Shown piece after piece: positions 10,088-19,113 of a stretch of DNA of 64,000 nt (position 1 is the first letter of the stretch; each line of letters begins with the position of its first letter). The stretch lies in the NCBI GenBank assembly GCA_009995365.1, contig JAACPR010000002.1:14428-78427 (forward strand), read 5' to 3'. The notes beneath the pieces are model-generated. The model had not been told where the DNA came from and made no database searches. It saw only the letters and a program-made list of their open reading frames with translations. Position numbers and translations under genes: made by a program. Source of the DNA: Candidatus Parcubacteria bacterium (GTDB lineage Bacteria > Patescibacteriota > Minisyncoccia > Phycocordibacterales > JAACPR01).

Positions 10088-11441
10088 AAAAAGTTTATCT
10101 AAAAAAATATCTATTTTCCTAACTTTAGTTTTGTTGACCACAACCCTTTATCCTACTTCTATTGGCGCACAAGAATTTGACAGACTTGGAGATCAGACTG
10201 ATTTTCTACTTGAACCTGCAACCACACCTGGATCATCACCACAAAGAACATCCACTGGTTTTGAGCCAGAATCAAACACTAATCCATCTATTATATTTAA
10301 TGACCAGGTTGCATCGATGCAAGGTCCAACCCAAGGTAATGTAGAATCTTGTTTAGCTTCAATCGTCCAAGACAGTTTGATAAATACCTTGGGCGGTTCT
10401 GTTGGAAATATATTAGGAGATCTTGGACTTGGTGAGCTGATAGGCGGTGCAACGGGTGCAATTTCAGGAACAATAGGTGGTGTTTTAAATAATACACTCG
10501 GTTCAATCGGCGGTTCTATTGGTGATACTTTTGGATCAATAGGTGGCTCTATTGGTGGGTCACTAGGGAATGCATTCGGTGACCTTGGTAGTTCACTTGG
10601 TGGATCAGTCGGTAGTATAGCAGGAGGTTTTGGTGGGGGAGGAACAGTTCCAGTTAACGAAGATGCTCTTCGAGAAATCAACGATGCCATAAGAGCATTA
10701 GAAGTAGAAATAAAAGCTGATACTGGTGCACAAGTCTCAAAGGAAGTAGGGGACGGCGCAACAAGTCTAGACTCGATTGCTTATTGTTTAGCAAACAAAG
10801 CAATCGAGGGAATTCTATATGGAACAATTGATTGGGTTAATCGAGGTTTCGATGGTAATCCTGTCTTTGTGGATAATCCAGAAAAATTCTTTGGTGATAT
10901 CGCAGATTACGAGCTGGGAGGTTTGTTAAATGAATTGTCAGGCGGCCTTCTTTGTTCAAATATTGATGCCTCAATCAGAGTTAATCTAATCAAAGATTAC
11001 AATTCTCAGAAATATGGTGGTTCATACGATACCAGAAGAAGATGTACGCTTAGTGATATAACTGCGAATGTAGAGGCATTTGCAAATGGAGATTTCAGTC
11101 AAGGTGGTTGGGATGCGTGGTTGGCATATACAACCAACCCTTATAATAATTATTATGGGGCAACAATAGCAGTTAACCAAGATTTAAATGATAGAATATC
11201 CAGAAGCCAATCCTTGGCTGCACTAGAGCTAGATTGGAATAATGGATATCAAAGCATTAGAGACAGACAGACTGGTGCGATAACTACACCAGGAAACATG
11301 ATCCAATCCCAAGTAGAAAAAAGGTTGAACGCTCCGGTGGACCGCCTAACCTTTGCTGATGAATTCGATCAACTATCAAATTCCTTAATTAACCAATTCA
11401 TTAAAATGTCAATCGGTGAAGTGTTTGATGGTATATTTTAA
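10062..11441 (+). CDS. secreted glycine-rich repeat protein
   Basis: Signal peptide; roughly 90 aa of GGS(I/V)G(D/N)xxG degenerate tandem repeats; Cys-containing C-terminal domain. Confidence 0.5.
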   Translation: MELKYKMIKKSLSKKISIFLTLVLLTTTLYPTSIGAQEFDRLGDQTDFLLEPATTPGSSPQRTSTGFEPESNTNPSIIFNDQVASMQGPTQGNVESCLASIVQDSLINTLGGSVGNILGDLGLGELIGGATGAISGTIGGVLNNTLGSIGGSIGDTFGSIGGSIGGSLGNAFGDLGSSLGGSVGSIAGGFGGGGTVPVNEDALREINDAIRALEVEIKADTGAQVSKEVGDGATSLDSIAYCLANKAIEGILYGTIDWVNRGFDGNPVFVDNPEKFFGDIADYELGGLLNELSGGLLCSNIDASIRVNLIKDYNSQKYGGSYDTRRRCTLSDITANVEAFANGDFSQGGWDAWLAYTTNPYNNYYGATIAVNQDLNDRISRSQSLAALELDWNNGYQSIRDRQTGAITTPGNMIQSQVEKRLNAPVDRLTFADEFDQLSNSLINQFIKMSIGEVFDGIF

Positions 11442-11462
11442 ATATAAATTAAATAAATAATA

Positions 11463-13637
11463 ATGTTTTTCGGGGGAAACAAAAACATAAACAAGAAATT
11501 AGGAGTTTTAATATTATCTCTGGTTTTTGTTTTTGGATTTTTAAGTGATTTTAATCATGTATTTTCAATGAGTGGGAGCGTTGGGAGTTATGGTGTTGGC
11601 ACACCAATCCCCACAGGAGAAGAGGTGAGAGAGAATGAAATTAATAAATTAGATACCCAAATACAACAAGCCAAAGGTGTTTTAAATAACCAAATTTCTA
11701 TCTTTCAGAGATGTTGGCCTAACCCAGGAGAAACTAGGGAAAAAACAGAAGATTGCCCAACAGACAGAACTTTTGATGAGATGACATCATTAATATGGGA
11801 ACAAAGACAAAAAATAAATAGTCTAGGAGCAGAATTAGATGACCAAACAAAAGGCTGGTTTGGAGAAAGAGGTTTTTTTAATGAGGTATACGGTGATCCC
11901 ATAAAAGATGTAGTTGATTCATTGAGTCCTGCTGAAATAATCAAAAATGCTTTATTCTCATTTTGGACTGGTCTTTCAAATATGATCATCGAGGGTGTAG
12001 GGTTGCTACTTAGATTGGCAGGATTAATGCTAAATACTGTGGTAAGCGTCACTATTATAGGAATGTCTGACTTTATCAAGGGAAATAATAGTGAAGCAAT
12101 CAAAATATCTTGGTCTATTTTCAGAGACATAATCAACATTTTGTTTATATTCGGTCTTCTATATGTTTCAATTTCAACAATAGTAAAAGGAATAGATTCG
12201 AAAACAAAAAATTTACTTGTGTCCATTATAGCTTCGGCACTATTAATTAATTTTAGCTTCTTTTTTACTTCAGTTGCTATAGATGCATCCAACTTTTTAA
12301 CTATAGAAATTAAAAATAACTTAGGTACATGTGCCTCAAACGAAGGAACAAGCAAACTTGGACAAGCAATAATTGGTATCGATGATGGTATAAGTAACTG
12401 TATTATCAATAATTTAAAACTACAGACGGCTCTCGATCCAACTGTAGAGGGCGGGATAGCAAATGCTATTAACCCAAAAGATAACTTTTTTGGTGAGTGG
12501 GGTTCACTTCTTGTTGGTACACTATTTGGTTCTATTTTTATACTTATAACAGCTTTTGTATTTTTTACATTAGCGATAATGCTTGTAATCAGATTTATAA
12601 TGCTTATTTTACTATTAATCACATCACCAGTGATGTTTTTAGGTTGGGTTCTGCCAAATTTATCTAGCATATCAAAAGGTTGGTTTAAATCTCTTAATGA
12701 ACAGTTGTTATTTCCTCCTCTTGTATTTTTATTTATTTTTATAACTATATCAATTACAGATTCTATAAATCTGGTTGGTAGTGGAACATTTGGGGTAATA
12801 ATAAACTACTTACTAATAATCGGATTCATGCTCGCTTCGATAGTAATCGCAAAAAAAACAGGTGCGACGGGTGCCGACTGGGCAACAGCGAAAGCCGGCA
12901 ATCTAACATTTGGTGCATCAGCTAAACTAGGTAGAACTACTGTAGGCAGATGGGCATCGAGGGGGGCAGAAAATATCAAAGGCAACGGACTTGCTGCCAG
13001 AGCAACAAGAAGTGCACTTAAAAATGTTGGTAACAGCACATTTGACGCTCGTAAAACCAAAGCATTTTCAGGTGTTGGAACAGCGACTGGTGTGAATTTT
13101 GGCGAAGGAAAGAGTGACGGATTTACTAAACTTCGAGAAAAAGAGGTTAAAGATAGAGAAGCAGTTTATAAAGAATCTAAGAAACCAACATATAAAGAAT
13201 CTAAAGAAATTGGTGACTTGAGAGCAAAATTAGAAACAAATGAACCAACAAAGAATGCAATAAAATCAATTGGTGACGCAGAAAAGAACATAGAAAAAGT
13301 AGAAGAACAAATGAAAGGTCTAGATAAGAAAAGTCCGGAATACACTAACGCACAAAGAGTATTACTAAATCAACACCAAACAATTTCAAGGAACAAGAAA
13401 ATTATAAACGACAGTGAAGAAATGAAAAGAATTAAAGAAATAGAAAAAGATGGTAAAGAAAGACAAAAGAAAGAATTAGAAAGATTAACCAGCGGATGGC
13501 TTGGAAAAATTCAAGGAGCCGAAAGAGAGGCTGCTAGAAAAATTAGAGAGGGTAAGGAAAAAGAAAAAGGAGAAAAAGATACTGACAAAATCATAAAGGG
13601 ATTAAAAGATAAAATTGATGATAAAGACAGTAAATAA
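11463..13637 (+). CDS. TrbL/VirB6-like polytopic membrane protein (T4SS channel) with a Lys/Glu-rich coiled-coil tail
   Basis: Signal peptide, a soluble N-terminal domain, then at least 6 hydrophobic helices across aa 150-470, and a charged tail. The size and topology are typical of VirB6/TrbL/PrgH-like proteins that sit next to VirB4. Confidence 0.55.
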   Translation: MFFGGNKNINKKLGVLILSLVFVFGFLSDFNHVFSMSGSVGSYGVGTPIPTGEEVRENEINKLDTQIQQAKGVLNNQISIFQRCWPNPGETREKTEDCPTDRTFDEMTSLIWEQRQKINSLGAELDDQTKGWFGERGFFNEVYGDPIKDVVDSLSPAEIIKNALFSFWTGLSNMIIEGVGLLLRLAGLMLNTVVSVTIIGMSDFIKGNNSEAIKISWSIFRDIINILFIFGLLYVSISTIVKGIDSKTKNLLVSIIASALLINFSFFFTSVAIDASNFLTIEIKNNLGTCASNEGTSKLGQAIIGIDDGISNCIINNLKLQTALDPTVEGGIANAINPKDNFFGEWGSLLVGTLFGSIFILITAFVFFTLAIMLVIRFIMLILLLITSPVMFLGWVLPNLSSISKGWFKSLNEQLLFPPLVFLFIFITISITDSINLVGSGTFGVIINYLLIIGFMLASIVIAKKTGATGADWATAKAGNLTFGASAKLGRTTVGRWASRGAENIKGNGLAARATRSALKNVGNSTFDARKTKAFSGVGTATGVNFGEGKSDGFTKLREKEVKDREAVYKESKKPTYKESKEIGDLRAKLETNEPTKNAIKSIGDAEKNIEKVEEQMKGLDKKSPEYTNAQRVLLNQHQTISRNKKIINDSEEMKRIKEIEKDGKERQKKELERLTSGWLGKIQGAEREAARKIREGKEKEKGEKDTDKIIKGLKDKIDDKDSK

Positions 13638-13639
13638 TT

Positions 13640-14662
13640 ATGGAAAACAAATCAACACAACAATTAATAGAAGAAAGATTCGATCAGCTTCCAAAAGTAA
13701 TCCAAAAAGCGATTACAGAATCTGATTGGATAGATGAACTTCGTAAAATAATTGAGGAAAATGATCTATTAATCGATCAAGGACTTGCTATTGAAACAGA
13801 AACTTTTTTGATGATGCTTGGTTTAGAAAATCCATCTAACTACACAAAACAGATAAAAAAAGAAGCCAATCTATCAAAAGAACAAGCAATTACTGTTGCA
13901 ACAGAAGTAGAAAAAAGAATTTTGAGCAAGGTTAAAAAAATGATTATCGAAGAAACAGAAAAAGAATCCGGCAATGAAGGAAATCCATTAAAAGACATAC
14001 TAGGAACAGACCCAGAAATAGAAGAGGCTTTACCTAAAATCGACACTAACCTAGACGATGAACCAGACGATGAAAGACAAAACCTAGTCAGAGAACTAGA
14101 GGGAGATATTGAAATTGAGGATGAAAATGAATATGAAAGTGACGAAGGTGAAAATACTCTAGAAGAAATAAACGAACAAGAAAAAGAATGGATTGAAGAA
14201 TCAAAATCAGAAATTCCAAGTGATTTACCAACAGGAGAATCTACATCAAATAAAATTCCCTTACCGGAAAATGAACAAAAGAACCCAAGAATAATTGAAA
14301 CACTCACTCCTAATAACCATAACGGTCTACCAATGCTTGAATCAATCAGAACATTAGAAACTGATTCTGAAAATAGAGGAGGTATTGTTAACCAAAAATT
14401 AAAAAATCCTTCTATTACAAGATCTAAACAAGTGGATAACCAAAAAAAGCCTGAAAACTCAACCCCAAAGGAAGATGTTTATCGTGAAGAACCTGTAGCC
14501 GAAATAAAATTTGAAAGCCAACCAACTGAACAAAATTCAGAATCAGAAGAGGAAGAGAGAAAAGAAATCGAAATAGATAATCAGCATTTAGAAGAAATGC
14601 CACCAAAACCCACAGAAAAACCAGAAACTTCTCATGACCCATACCGTGAACCGCTAGAGTAA
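13640..14662 (+). CDS. highly acidic (Glu/Asp-rich) hypothetical protein
   Basis: 340-aa ORF co-directional with the T4SS genes; low-complexity acidic composition. Confidence 0.4.
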   Translation: MENKSTQQLIEERFDQLPKVIQKAITESDWIDELRKIIEENDLLIDQGLAIETETFLMMLGLENPSNYTKQIKKEANLSKEQAITVATEVEKRILSKVKKMIIEETEKESGNEGNPLKDILGTDPEIEEALPKIDTNLDDEPDDERQNLVRELEGDIEIEDENEYESDEGENTLEEINEQEKEWIEESKSEIPSDLPTGESTSNKIPLPENEQKNPRIIETLTPNNHNGLPMLESIRTLETDSENRGGIVNQKLKNPSITRSKQVDNQKKPENSTPKEDVYREEPVAEIKFESQPTEQNSESEEEERKEIEIDNQHLEEMPPKPTEKPETSHDPYREPLE

Positions 14663-14696
14663 TTAAAAACCTAATAAAAATTGTTATAATAATTTT

Positions 14697-15107
14697 ATGA
14701 GATACCAAGTTCCACAATTCATTGAGGTAGAAGACAAAATCTTTGGGCCTCTTACTCTAAAGCAGTTTCTCTATACTGCTGGTGGGGCGGCTTCGGGTTT
14801 TATTATTTGGTCTATTTTTCCTACTTTTATTGCCGTAATTATTGGGGCACCTGTAGTTATTTTTTTCCTGGCGTTGGCTTTCTACAAATACAACAACAGG
14901 CCTTTTGTAATAACTGTTGAGAATTCAATAAAATATTTTTTGGGGAACAAGCTTTATATCTGGAAAAAGCAACCCAAAGAAATCGACCCAAAAAAACCAG
15001 AAGAAAAGCAAGAGGAGGACCCAGGATTATACGTTCCTAAATTATCTGATAGTAAATTAAAAGAGCTTTCTTGGAGTTTAGATATTGATGAGAAATTAAA
15101 CGATTAA
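14697..15107 (+). CDS. PrgI/VirB3-like small membrane protein
   Basis: MRYQVPQFIEVEDKIFGPLTLKQFLYTAGGA… followed by two TM helices, and located immediately upstream of VirB4. This architecture is typical of the PrgI family. Confidence 0.6.
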   Translation: MRYQVPQFIEVEDKIFGPLTLKQFLYTAGGAASGFIIWSIFPTFIAVIIGAPVVIFFLALAFYKYNNRPFVITVENSIKYFLGNKLYIWKKQPKEIDPKKPEEKQEEDPGLYVPKLSDSKLKELSWSLDIDEKLND

Positions 15108-15125
15108 TCTGTTATAATATTTTCA

Positions 15126-15746
15126 ATGGCAACACAATCAAGTCAAGAATTTGTTCCTATAAAAGAAGTCCGCGATGGAGTAATTATCCTGAAAGATGGT
15201 TCAATGCGAGCAATCTTGATGACTTCTTCTATTAACTTCGCTCTTAAATCAACAGACGAGCAACAATCTATTATTTTTCAATTTCAAAACTTTATGAATA
15301 CGCTGGATTTTTCAATTCAGATTAGCATCCAATCTCGTCGCCTAGATATCAGACCATATATTGCACTTCTAGAAAATCGTCAACGCGAACAAACTAATGA
15401 CTTGATGAAAATACAAACCAAAGAATATATTGAATTCGTAAGAACTTTCACTTCAAACACAAACATTATGACTAAGAGTTTTTTCATCGTAATCCCTTAT
15501 ACTCCTGCAAAAATGAGTATCGGCAAAAAGGGCTTATTTAAAAAAGAAAAAGATAGGTCTAGAAAAGAAAGCACTGAAAATTTTGAAGAGAACAGGATAC
15601 AATTAGAACAAAGGGTTTCTATTGTAGAGCAAGGAATTACCAGAACCGGAGTCCGAGCAGTTAGATTGGGAACAGAGGAGGTGATTGAAATATTTTATAA
15701 GCTGTTTAACCCTGGTGATGTTGAAAAACCAATACCACTTGAATAA
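15126..15746 (+). CDS. VirB4/TrbE-like ATPase, N-terminal domain encoded as a separate ORF
   Basis: VPIKEVRDGVIILKDGSMRAILMTSSINFALKSTDEQQ matches the N-terminus of Gram-positive VirB4 homologues. A TAA stop lies 5 nt before the next ATG. Confidence 0.6.
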   Translation: MATQSSQEFVPIKEVRDGVIILKDGSMRAILMTSSINFALKSTDEQQSIIFQFQNFMNTLDFSIQISIQSRRLDIRPYIALLENRQREQTNDLMKIQTKEYIEFVRTFTSNTNIMTKSFFIVIPYTPAKMSIGKKGLFKKEKDRSRKESTENFEENRIQLEQRVSIVEQGITRTGVRAVRLGTEEVIEIFYKLFNPGDVEKPIPLE

Positions 15747-15751
15747 ATATT

Positions 15752-17623
15752 ATGGGAATTTTTGATTTTTTAAAAAAAGAAGATAAAAAAGGTCCAGATT
15801 TAACATCTTTTATGCCACAGCAGATTTATGAATCTGGTGTCTTGGAATTAAAAGATGTCATTGCACCTTCTGCCTTACAAGTTTCTCCTCGTGAAGTAAA
15901 CCTAGGGGATAAAGTGGCTCGTAGTTTTTTTGTAATATCATACCCAAGATATCTTTCAGACAACTGGTTCTCTCCAATAATTAACCTAGATCGTGTTTTT
16001 GATGTTTCAATTTTTGTTCACCCTATTCAAACCGAAAAAATAATGCGTCAGTTCCAAAAAAAAGTTGCAGAAATTCAAAGTCAGATTTCAACAAGAGAAG
16101 AGAAGGGTTTGGTTCGCGATCCAAAACTTGATACTGCATACAATGATCTAGAAACTCTCCGTGATCAATTACAACAAGCACAAGAGAAAATTTTTGATGT
16201 TGGACTTTATATAACAATTTATGCTGAAAGTAACGAGGAATTGGACAAATTTGAATCAGAAATGAAGTCTATTCTAGAATCAAAACTTGTTTATGTTAAG
16301 CCGGCTATTTTCCAACAAGAAGCAGGATTCAAATCAGTTATTCCAATTGCGACAGATCTTTTAAGTGTTCACTCAAAACTAAACTCTTCTCCATTGTCGA
16401 GCCTTTTCCCATTTATCTCTTTTGAGCTTACATCAGACAAGGGAATTCTTTATGGAATTAACAGACACAACTCTGGATTAATTTTGTTTGATCGATTCTC
16501 ACTTGGTAACTACAATTCTGTAACATTTGCCAAGTCCGGTTCCGGAAAATCATACATGACCAAGCTAGAAATTTTGCGTTCCTTAATGTTTGATACCGAA
16601 GTCATCGTAATTGACCCCGAAAAAGAATATGAATATATGGCAGAAGCAACAGGTGGTAGATTTTTCGACATCTCTCTAACATCAGAACACCACATTAACC
16701 CTTTCGATTTACCAGCACCAGGAGAAGACGAGGAACCTTCTGATATTTTACGTTCTAATATTGTTAACTTGGTGGGGCTTTTTAGGATTATGCTTGGTGG
16801 TTTATCTGCAGAAGAAGATGCTATTATCGATCGTGCTATTAGTGAAACCTATGCTTTAAAAGATATAACTCCTGAATCTGATTTTTCACAAATTGAAGCA
16901 CCGTTGTTATCAGATTTTGAATTAGTTTTAGGAGGTATGGAAGGTGCAGAAAACCTTATTCAAAAACTTTCAAAATTTACCCAAGGAACATGGGCTGGTT
17001 TCATAAACAAACCAACAAATGTTGATATTAATAAAAAATTCGTTGTATTTTCTCTTCGTGATATGGAAGATGAATTGAAGCCGGTTGCAATGTATCTGAT
17101 TACACACTTTATTTGGACCGCAATTAGAAAAGAATTAAAGAAAAGACTTCTTGTAATTGATGAGGCGTGGTGGATGATGAAATCTGAAGACACTGCATCG
17201 TTCTTGTTTGGTCTAGCTAAAAGAGGGCGTAAGTACTTTTTAGGTGTTTCAACCATTACACAAGACGTTGAAGACTTTCTAAGTTCACCTTATGGGCCAC
17301 CAATTATTTCAAACTCTTCAATTCAGATGTTGATGAAGCAATCTCCTTCATCTATAGATGTTGTCCAAAAGACCTTTAACTTAACAGACGAAGAAAAGTT
17401 TCTATTACTAGAATCAAATGTTGGGGAAGGGATATTCTTTGCAGGTCAAAAACACGTCGCCATCAAGGTTATTGCCTCATACACAGAAGACCAAATTATT
17501 ACATCCGACCCATCACAACTACTTTCAATTAAAAAATCTAAAGAGGAACTAAAAGCTAGCGCTCCAAATCAATTCAATCAATCAAAAATTTCTCAAGCTC
17601 AAAAAAGTTTAGATAAATTTTAA
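15752..17623 (+). CDS. VirB4/TrbE-like T4SS ATPase (central and C-terminal part)
   Basis: IAPSALQVSPREVNLGDKVARSFFVISYPRY; Walker A FAKSGSGKSY; Walker B LLVIDEAWWMM. Confidence 0.8.
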   Translation: MGIFDFLKKEDKKGPDLTSFMPQQIYESGVLELKDVIAPSALQVSPREVNLGDKVARSFFVISYPRYLSDNWFSPIINLDRVFDVSIFVHPIQTEKIMRQFQKKVAEIQSQISTREEKGLVRDPKLDTAYNDLETLRDQLQQAQEKIFDVGLYITIYAESNEELDKFESEMKSILESKLVYVKPAIFQQEAGFKSVIPIATDLLSVHSKLNSSPLSSLFPFISFELTSDKGILYGINRHNSGLILFDRFSLGNYNSVTFAKSGSGKSYMTKLEILRSLMFDTEVIVIDPEKEYEYMAEATGGRFFDISLTSEHHINPFDLPAPGEDEEPSDILRSNIVNLVGLFRIMLGGLSAEEDAIIDRAISETYALKDITPESDFSQIEAPLLSDFELVLGGMEGAENLIQKLSKFTQGTWAGFINKPTNVDINKKFVVFSLRDMEDELKPVAMYLITHFIWTAIRKELKKRLLVIDEAWWMMKSEDTASFLFGLAKRGRKYFLGVSTITQDVEDFLSSPYGPPIISNSSIQMLMKQSPSSIDVVQKTFNLTDEEKFLLLESNVGEGIFFAGQKHVAIKVIASYTEDQIITSDPSQLLSIKKSKEELKASAPNQFNQSKISQAQKSLDKF

Positions 17624-17660
17624 TAAATCTTTAAAATTTAATTTCTAAATTTTTTAAATT

Positions 17661-18068
17661 ATGAAAGAAAATAAAGAACCAAATAAATTTGCAAGAATCA
17701 GCAAAATCGGCGCAGGTTTTATGGTAACTGTTGCTATTTTTTACGATTTATTAGAATTAGGTGTCGATTGGATTCCGGGAGTAGGACAAGCAATAGCACT
17801 CTTTATAGATATTTTTGCAATGATGCATTTTGCATTATGGTTTAAACTTAAAGGTATAAAACTTGGTAGTCCTAAAAAAATTGCTAGATTTTGGTTACCA
17901 ATGCTAACAGAATTACTACCTATACCATTACTAGACATTGGATTAACAACATTAGGTGTAATTCTTACAATTGGAATAACTTGGACGGAAGACAAGACGG
18001 GAGTAAATTTGAACAAGTCTAAGAATCCTTCTAAAAATATAAGACCTAGATTACCAAAAAACAGATAG
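17661..18068 (+). CDS. small integral membrane protein
   Basis: 3-4 predicted TM helices; lies within the T4SS locus. Confidence 0.4.
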   Translation: MKENKEPNKFARISKIGAGFMVTVAIFYDLLELGVDWIPGVGQAIALFIDIFAMMHFALWFKLKGIKLGSPKKIARFWLPMLTELLPIPLLDIGLTTLGVILTIGITWTEDKTGVNLNKSKNPSKNIRPRLPKNR

Positions 18069-18117
18069 TGAATAAATAAATAATAAAATTCTCTAATATT
18101 CTGTTATAATTATACTA

Positions 18118-19110
18118 ATGAAAAAATATTTTTTATTGACACTTTTATTATTAATGACACCATATTTTGCCTTTTCTCAAACGAGAGTGGAGGAGCAAGT
18201 CTCTATTGAATTATCACCTCAACACCCAGGACCGAATGAGTTAGTTATTGTATCGATTGAAAGCTTTCAAATTGATTTAAATAAATCTGAAATTAATTGG
18301 TTGGTTAATGGAACCCTCCAAGAATCAGGATTTGGGCTTAAAACTTTTAGTTTTACAACAGGAAGTTTGGGAGAAGAAACCAATTTATCAGTAAGAATAG
18401 TAAAACAAAATGGTGAAATAACCACAAAAAATATCTCTGTAAACCCAGGAGGAGTAGACTTGTATTATGAACCTCAAACTTATACCCCTCCATTCTATAA
18501 AGGTAAGCCTGAATTTACTTTCCAATCTGATTTAAAAATAATTGCTCTACCAAATTTTGTGGATCAAAATGGTAATAAAATTCCTTCAGGAAATATTGTA
18601 TATAATTGGAAGATAGATGGTAGTGCAGACCAAATAAATTCCGGAGTCGGAAGAGATGTTTATAATTACCAATCGGGGATTTTGTCTGGCCCAGTCCAAG
18701 TAGTGTTAGAAGCTTCACCAATAAACTCTAACCAGTCTGCTAGAGTGGTAGAGACTGTTAGACCCACTGAACCCACAATACTGATTTATGAAAAAAACCC
18801 TATCTACGGAACAATTTTTGAACAAAACATTAAAAATGATTTTATAGTAAATAGGGAAGAAATTGAACTTGTGGCAATTCCTTATAATTTTAGCCAAGAT
18901 ATAATAAGAAATGGTACTTTTAAATGGTTATTAAACGGGGAGAGAGTAAATAATTTTATTTCAAATAATATTATTTTTAGAAAGACTGACGATAGAGAAA
19001 GTAGTAATAACATAACAATTGAAATAGAGCATAAAAATAAAGTATTACAAATCAAAAGATACTCATTTCCACTAAATTTCGGTGGTGGAAACAATGAATT
19101 TAATTTTTAA
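18118..19110 (+). CDS. secreted hypothetical protein
   Basis: Signal peptide MKKYFLLTLLLLMTPYFAFSQ. Confidence 0.45.
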   Translation: MKKYFLLTLLLLMTPYFAFSQTRVEEQVSIELSPQHPGPNELVIVSIESFQIDLNKSEINWLVNGTLQESGFGLKTFSFTTGSLGEETNLSVRIVKQNGEITTKNISVNPGGVDLYYEPQTYTPPFYKGKPEFTFQSDLKIIALPNFVDQNGNKIPSGNIVYNWKIDGSADQINSGVGRDVYNYQSGILSGPVQVVLEASPINSNQSARVVETVRPTEPTILIYEKNPIYGTIFEQNIKNDFIVNREEIELVAIPYNFSQDIIRNGTFKWLLNGERVNNFISNNIIFRKTDDRESSNNITIEIEHKNKVLQIKRYSFPLNFGGGNNEFNF

Positions 19111-19113
19111 AAT

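Noticed and set aside
10380-10640. Periodic nucleotide repeats that could be mistaken for a CRISPR or minisatellite array
   Set aside because: The repeats are in-frame coding repeats (GGSIG units) inside a secreted-protein gene. There is no spacer-repeat architecture, and no CRISPR array was seen anywhere in the window.
10193-10690. 165-aa Pro-rich minus-strand ORF
   Set aside because: It is antisense to the Gly-repeat gene; antisense of GGN repeats yields Pro-rich artefacts.
11705-12670. 321-aa minus-strand ORF
   Set aside because: It lies entirely antisense within the VirB6-like gene. The low-complexity translation is typical of AT-rich antisense frames.
13840-14307. 155-aa Ser-rich minus-strand ORF
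   Set aside because: Antisense of the Glu-rich gene (GAA/GAG antisense gives Ser/Phe/Leu runs).
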